This document shows positions 58,938 through 64,000 of a stretch of DNA of 64,000 nucleotides, piece by piece. Made by a program: the position numbers and the translations under genes. The notes below the pieces were generated by a model that searched no databases, had not been told where the DNA came from, and saw only the letters and a program-made list of their open reading frames with translations. Position 1 is the stretch's first letter, and each line of letters begins with the position of its first letter. Source of the stretch: Phoronis australis (lineage: Eukaryota > Animalia > Phoronida); contig NMRA01000026.1 in the NCBI GenBank assembly GCA_002633005.1, forward strand, positions 552,434-616,433. Reading direction: 5' to 3'.

Positions 58938-59126
58938 GCAAAGTATTGTGACACTTTCAGCCCAGTTTACACCAGTGTCACCTCTGTAACAACTTGAGGC
59001 AAAGTATTGCGACACTCTCAGCCCAGTTTACACCAGTGTCACCTCTGTAACAACTTGAGGCAAAGTATTGCGACACTCTCAGCCCAGTTTACGCCAGTGT
59101 CACCTCTGTAACAACTTGAGGCAAAG
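58938..59126 (+). repeat. Three near-perfect copies of a 61-bp unit
   Basis: GCAAAGTATTG(T/C)GACACT(T/C)TCAGCCCAGTTTACACCAGTGTCACCTCTGTAACAACTTGAG starting at 58938, 58999 and 59060. Confidence 0.96.
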
Positions 59127-62100
59127 ATTAAGTAAAGTCTGTAATAGCTACCAAATGTGAACTGGAAATCCCATGGAAATCCATGCTGAGACTCTGAGGC
59201 TAGTACTCAGAGAACATTAAGTATCAAAGCACAACCTGACTTAATTTACTTTGCTGGCCTTTTATCACAGTGCGCTGTTACAGTTCCCTTCAAGGGCCAT
59301 GCTATTTTACTAGTTTGACATCAGGCTATTACCATGTTTTTCAAATACCAAAAATATGTGAGCATCAAAATACACGGGATAAATTCCAAATATGGTCAGT
59401 CGTGTCCCCAAAGCATAAATCGGGAAAGTTATGTTGCCCCTATTGGTGGACCCCGATACTACACAATCCAGGCAGTACAGCACGTGCTAGCAACAGTGGT
59501 TTTACCATACAGATAACAATGAGAATTTTAATTGACTCAGAAAACCACATAGGTCGTGAAACCCCCCCCCCTCGGTATTAATCCAGCACAGATTGGTAGA
59601 AATCAGAATTCTGTCAAATTTGTGTCCAAGTGCAAAATTGCATCATTTCTACCAATTTTCATGTGGAAACACAGTAGTGTTGGAATGGAATGCTTTTGCG
59701 TTATAATTGGTATTTCACATTGAGAAATTTGACGGTATTTAAATCTACGGTTCCTTCACGCTCTACTAGTTTTAAGTTGAGAATTTTGAGTTGACCATTT
59801 TATTCCTGTTTGGGGACATAACATTTATTTTTGTAGCTTAAATTGACGAAACAAATCTATTTTTCTGGTATCTTGTTTGCTAATATAGAAGACATAATGG
59901 CACAACCATTAGTATCTCCTTTGGGTTCAGCTCAGGCCTTTATGTAGCGTAGGTCCTAGGTGTACAAATGGACGCCCTAGCACTAATCTGGACTCCTGGC
60001 AAGGATGCCCATTGTATCATTTGGCCGGCCACTGTCAATAGGAACCTTTCACGTTTGAACTCACCCATTGTAATGAATACTAGGAAGCCTCTGAAGGCTC
60101 ACAGTGGGGGTTCTTTTTCAAAGCAGGAAGAAATATACAATGTATATACAAAGTATATGCATTGTTGCTATTTTGACACTTGATTGACAGCATTGTAATA
60201 GTCTTGGTCTACACATTTTTTTTAGTAAAAATGCTCACCATAGAAGGATGATTTATAAAGTTAGATGTAAAACCTTGATCTATGCATTTTTTTGTAAAAA
60301 AATCTGTGTGTTTGGGGGTATCGCTGGGGGTGGGGGGTTATACGTCGGAATCATGGACGCCCTGGAATATTGGGAACCCCATTTTGGACACCCTATTTTC
60401 AAAATCCTGGATAAAGGCCTGGTTCAGCTAGCCATACAGTGAGAAATGAATAGCCGGTAGTGACAGTTTCGCTTGTGGCCCTTCTATTTACACGTAGTAT
60501 TTTGTTAAAATCTGGATAAAATGTCAAATGGTAACTCGTACTTACAATGTGGTGCAAGTAAAAAAGTTTATGCTAACTTTGTAATCGCTGGATATGATAA
60601 TTCAGTTATTTAGTATACAATATGGCCAACAAATGAAATTCTATTTTGTCAAATTTCCCCACAACAATAACTTAGATTAAGAAAAATTTAGAAGTGGAGA
60701 TAAGACTTGTCCCACTTGATTGTCTGAATGCAGGCAAACCCCTTGATTCAGCCCTTGATTCACCAGCGCCATATAGGGAATTCTGAGATCCCATGAAATA
60801 GATAAACTGACGAGCACTACCCTAGTGTTCAATTGATGGGGAGGGGGGGAGGGGGGTAGTGCTGGCATTGTAATGGGGTGTCTGTCAGAGCATTTCTTGA
60901 AGGTCTACTGTGTTTCCTTCAGCTGAGACCCTATTTACTATAATGGAGTGAGCTGATTGAAACCCCGTATGGGTATTGCTCAAAAGATTGAAGGACCCCA
61001 GTGATAGCTTCAAACTAAATGAAGTTTTTCCAGAGTGTACACACATGTATACCACAATACGGCTGACTCGGGGCGGGGGTTCATCCCACAAATTAAGGAA
61101 ACAATCTAGATAAGTGATTTTCTTCTCGTTTTTGTTAAAGACAAGTTGCACCAATTAAATGCTGTTTGATTTTTAAGTTCTATCGCCACAGCAACCACCG
61201 GGCAATTTTTTTGAAAATTTGCAGTCATTCACAAGATTAGAAGCCATTGAGAAATGAAAAAGACCGATAGTGTCTTTTATGTTTTCCAGAATTGGTCAGA
61301 TTTCATTGTATAGTGCACGTGATGTGTTTGACCTGTCTCTTAGATAGTTCACCTTTTGACACCTGGGAAACTGAGTTGCTTCTATATCCTTACCAATACA
61401 CTAAGGATTGTTTATGTCAAATTTTCATTTTCTTATTTGTGTAGGCTTGAAAAACATTGTCTGTTTGTATTCCATTTTACTTTTTTGAAAAATGCCTTGT
61501 TGAAAACTTCCTAAATCTTATTGAGTGACATAGTGTCTTCTCAATTGTTGGGTGTTTTGTTTTAAGCGTTGATATAACCAAAGCTTGTATGGCATTTGGA
61601 GTAAATCTCTTTAACAGCCTTTGTAATAAGAAATAAAAATTTTAGAAACTCATCTGAAATTTCAGAGAATCATTTAAAAGAAATTTACATGTTTTTTACC
61701 AAGGTTTGCTAGGTAGAACAGCTGCCATAAAAATCTCATGGAATTTGTTTGTATGATGGAAAATGAACAAGATGAATATTTTCAATTGATGAAAGACGGA
61801 AATTTGGCAGGTCCTTTAGTCGGTAATGACTGTTGGGTTACTGGAAGTGTAAAATCACAAGCGGTCCAGCGTGTGGTCTGGAACTTGTCATACCCTGGAT
61901 GACCTGTAGTAATTAGACTAATTAGCAGGATATCCGTAATGATGAAATTACAAGAAGATGGAAAAATCAATAAAAAGTGTGAATTGTATTCATTAACTGC
62001 AGATTGGAAATGCTGTGTTTGATTTGGGGGAATCTAGGATGGATTATAAATAAGTTTATTTTATTTTTAGGTAAGTGCCGTTCAGATCCAGATTTGTGAT

Positions 62101-64000
62101 GACCACGCTTTCTCACCATTCGTGAATTGACCGGTCCAATGAAAGATGATTTAAGGTGATTACAGGGAAAAGCAAACATTTTCGATGTTCAGCCTTTCGT
62201 AAAATATGGATCGCTGGCTATACCTGTTACAGTTACTGCTGGCCTGGCATGTATTTACTACCCATGCTACAGTAGAAAGGTACAACTACAGCTTATTATT
62301 TAAAATGATCTATTCTTATTAAAATGACATAGGCAAGAAATTGATTTTCGGACCTCAAAAGTTTGCCCCCCCTGTATCAATGCTGGTGACCCGCTGTTTG
62401 TGCTCTTGAGGGCGCGGCCGCCTATACTACTACAGGGGCCCTGTTCTTCCGACCCCTTCGGGCCGGGCCCCTGCTATGTGAACTGCCTCCGCAAACCTGC
62501 TTCATCCTACTTCACGTATTGGTGTTGAGTAAAGACGTAACTTGTCGATTATTCGCATCTTCAAGATAACCAGGATCTGTATGTTACGTCAAAAATGCAT
62601 GATTTCCCCTTTACATTTTAAAGTTCCCCTCAACCGCTTCATAGAGAAAAAATTAATCTCACTTCAGCGAAGTAAAGTGAGTTACCCCAGAGCAACTTGT
62701 CCTAGAGCAATTTGCCCTAGTTCTGCCGAGCATCCACATTACACCGTCGCCCTACGCAAATATGACACCCCTCTAACTGAGCGAGGGTGCACACCTGGTA
62801 ATTACTCCGCCTTTTCATGTTTGCATTTACACTACAACTTGCATTGAGACAAATTACTCTGCAGCAAGTCAATCACTCAAGGAGTAACTTATTCTAGGGT
62901 TACAGCGCATGAGAAATCTCATGCCCTTATCTCATCATTGTCAGATTTTTGGTAGATTAATTGTCAAGCAGTGCAAATTGAACAAAATAAAATAAAATTA
63001 TTTTGTGACTTAATCCCAAAGACATTTTTCATGAAATGGCCATTATGTGCCATCAAAACTTACCGACTGAGTGTGTTTTGTACGGTATAGTTTTCAAACT
63101 TGCTCCAAACTTTGGAAGGTCCACAAGGCTAATAAACCCCACTTTTGTTCCTGATTTAACTGTTCTAGTCGCTGCTAACATTTATTGATGGAACAAACAT
63201 ATAAAATACTGTTTTTACTTACAAATTACTGTACTGATAGGAGAAATAATAATTCATTCCTGACGAGGATTGCTGTGCATGTGTACACAAGCATGTATTT
63301 GCCAATGTTGATGAATCATTTGCATGCGCTTCTTTCATGGTCATATGATAAAAGTCGGGCAACTGTTCATAAAAAATTGCACATAGCACAAATTAGCTAT
63401 TGTGTGGATCAGGCATCATATGGAACATACTGTAAAATCTCACCAAGTTAGGACACAATATGGCTGACAAGCGAAATTGTATGATTCCATTTTTACTAAA
63501 AGAGTAGTAAATGCCAGACCTAATTCCTACATTCAGACAATGTTTCTCAGAAACTGTGGACGTTGAAAGCAATGTTACAAGCATTCAAAAGGTGAAAAAT
63601 ACCAATTTTGGCAATTATTTTTGTCCGAAATTGGCAAGCAATAATGACAAGCGGGCTCCTTCATTACAACATTTGCTGATCAATTGCATTCAAATGTTGG
63701 GAATGACTTGAAATGAACCCCTCAAAGATTTAATTTCACAATTTTACCAACTTTTGGTGATGGAGGCAGGTGTGTTACATGTTGCATAACCCAACAGGGT
63801 TTGCTGGGAATTGTGTTTGTATTTGTTGACTATCAAAGCAATGCTTTCTAGTGATATCCTTGATGAGTTTTTCTTTCTATGCTGGAGTTTGTTTATTCAA
63901 CAAATCACCTCCACACTCCCTCATAATATATTGTTTTTCTGCCAATCCTGATGCCTGTTCCTTATTTTCCTCAGAAATTACCTAGGGCCAAAATATGAAA

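Noticed and set aside
58031-59126. CRISPR-like appearance of the tandem arrays; CTGAGGA in the 41-bp unit as a hammerhead core
   Set aside because: Units are contiguous without unique spacers, there are no cas genes and the context is eukaryotic; no stem II/GAAA follows CTGAGGA.

Overview
AT-rich animal genomic DNA, most likely a marine invertebrate (protostome/lophotrochozoan is an inference), with three assembly gaps. Genes: (1) the 3' half of an insulin/IGF receptor tyrosine kinase gene on +, 9 exons from 805 to 11089. All splice phases join into 500 codons covering FnIII-3, TM, an intact kinase and the tail. The juxtamembrane NPxY motif reads NQDY, the tail has no YxxM, and it ends in an IGF1R-like -SSSC. 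(2) An uncharacterised gene on + with 5 coding exons (19700-22220, about 274 aa, basic, with RPxS/xSAR motifs). (3) An FMRFamide-receptor-like class A GPCR on - with an intronless CDS (31985-33241). The rest is intronic or intergenic and rich in non-autonomous mobile DNA: hAT-like MITEs with 5-, 6- and 8-bp TSDs, TA-flanked MITEs, Helentron/DINE-like elements, an RTE LINE fragment, tRNA-derived SINEs and minisatellites. Most notable: a Penelope GIY-YIG fragment between inverted pLTR copies carrying minimal hammerhead ribozyme motifs; tRNA-headed elements coupled to decayed hammerhead motifs with the same inverted architecture (SM-alpha/retrozyme-like); a THAP-bearing AT-flanked transposon whose THAP domain is split by a TAG..CTA element with a 9-bp TSD; and candidate recursive-splicing sites suggesting a + strand host intron around the GPCR. 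All calls were made by eye, with no database searches.
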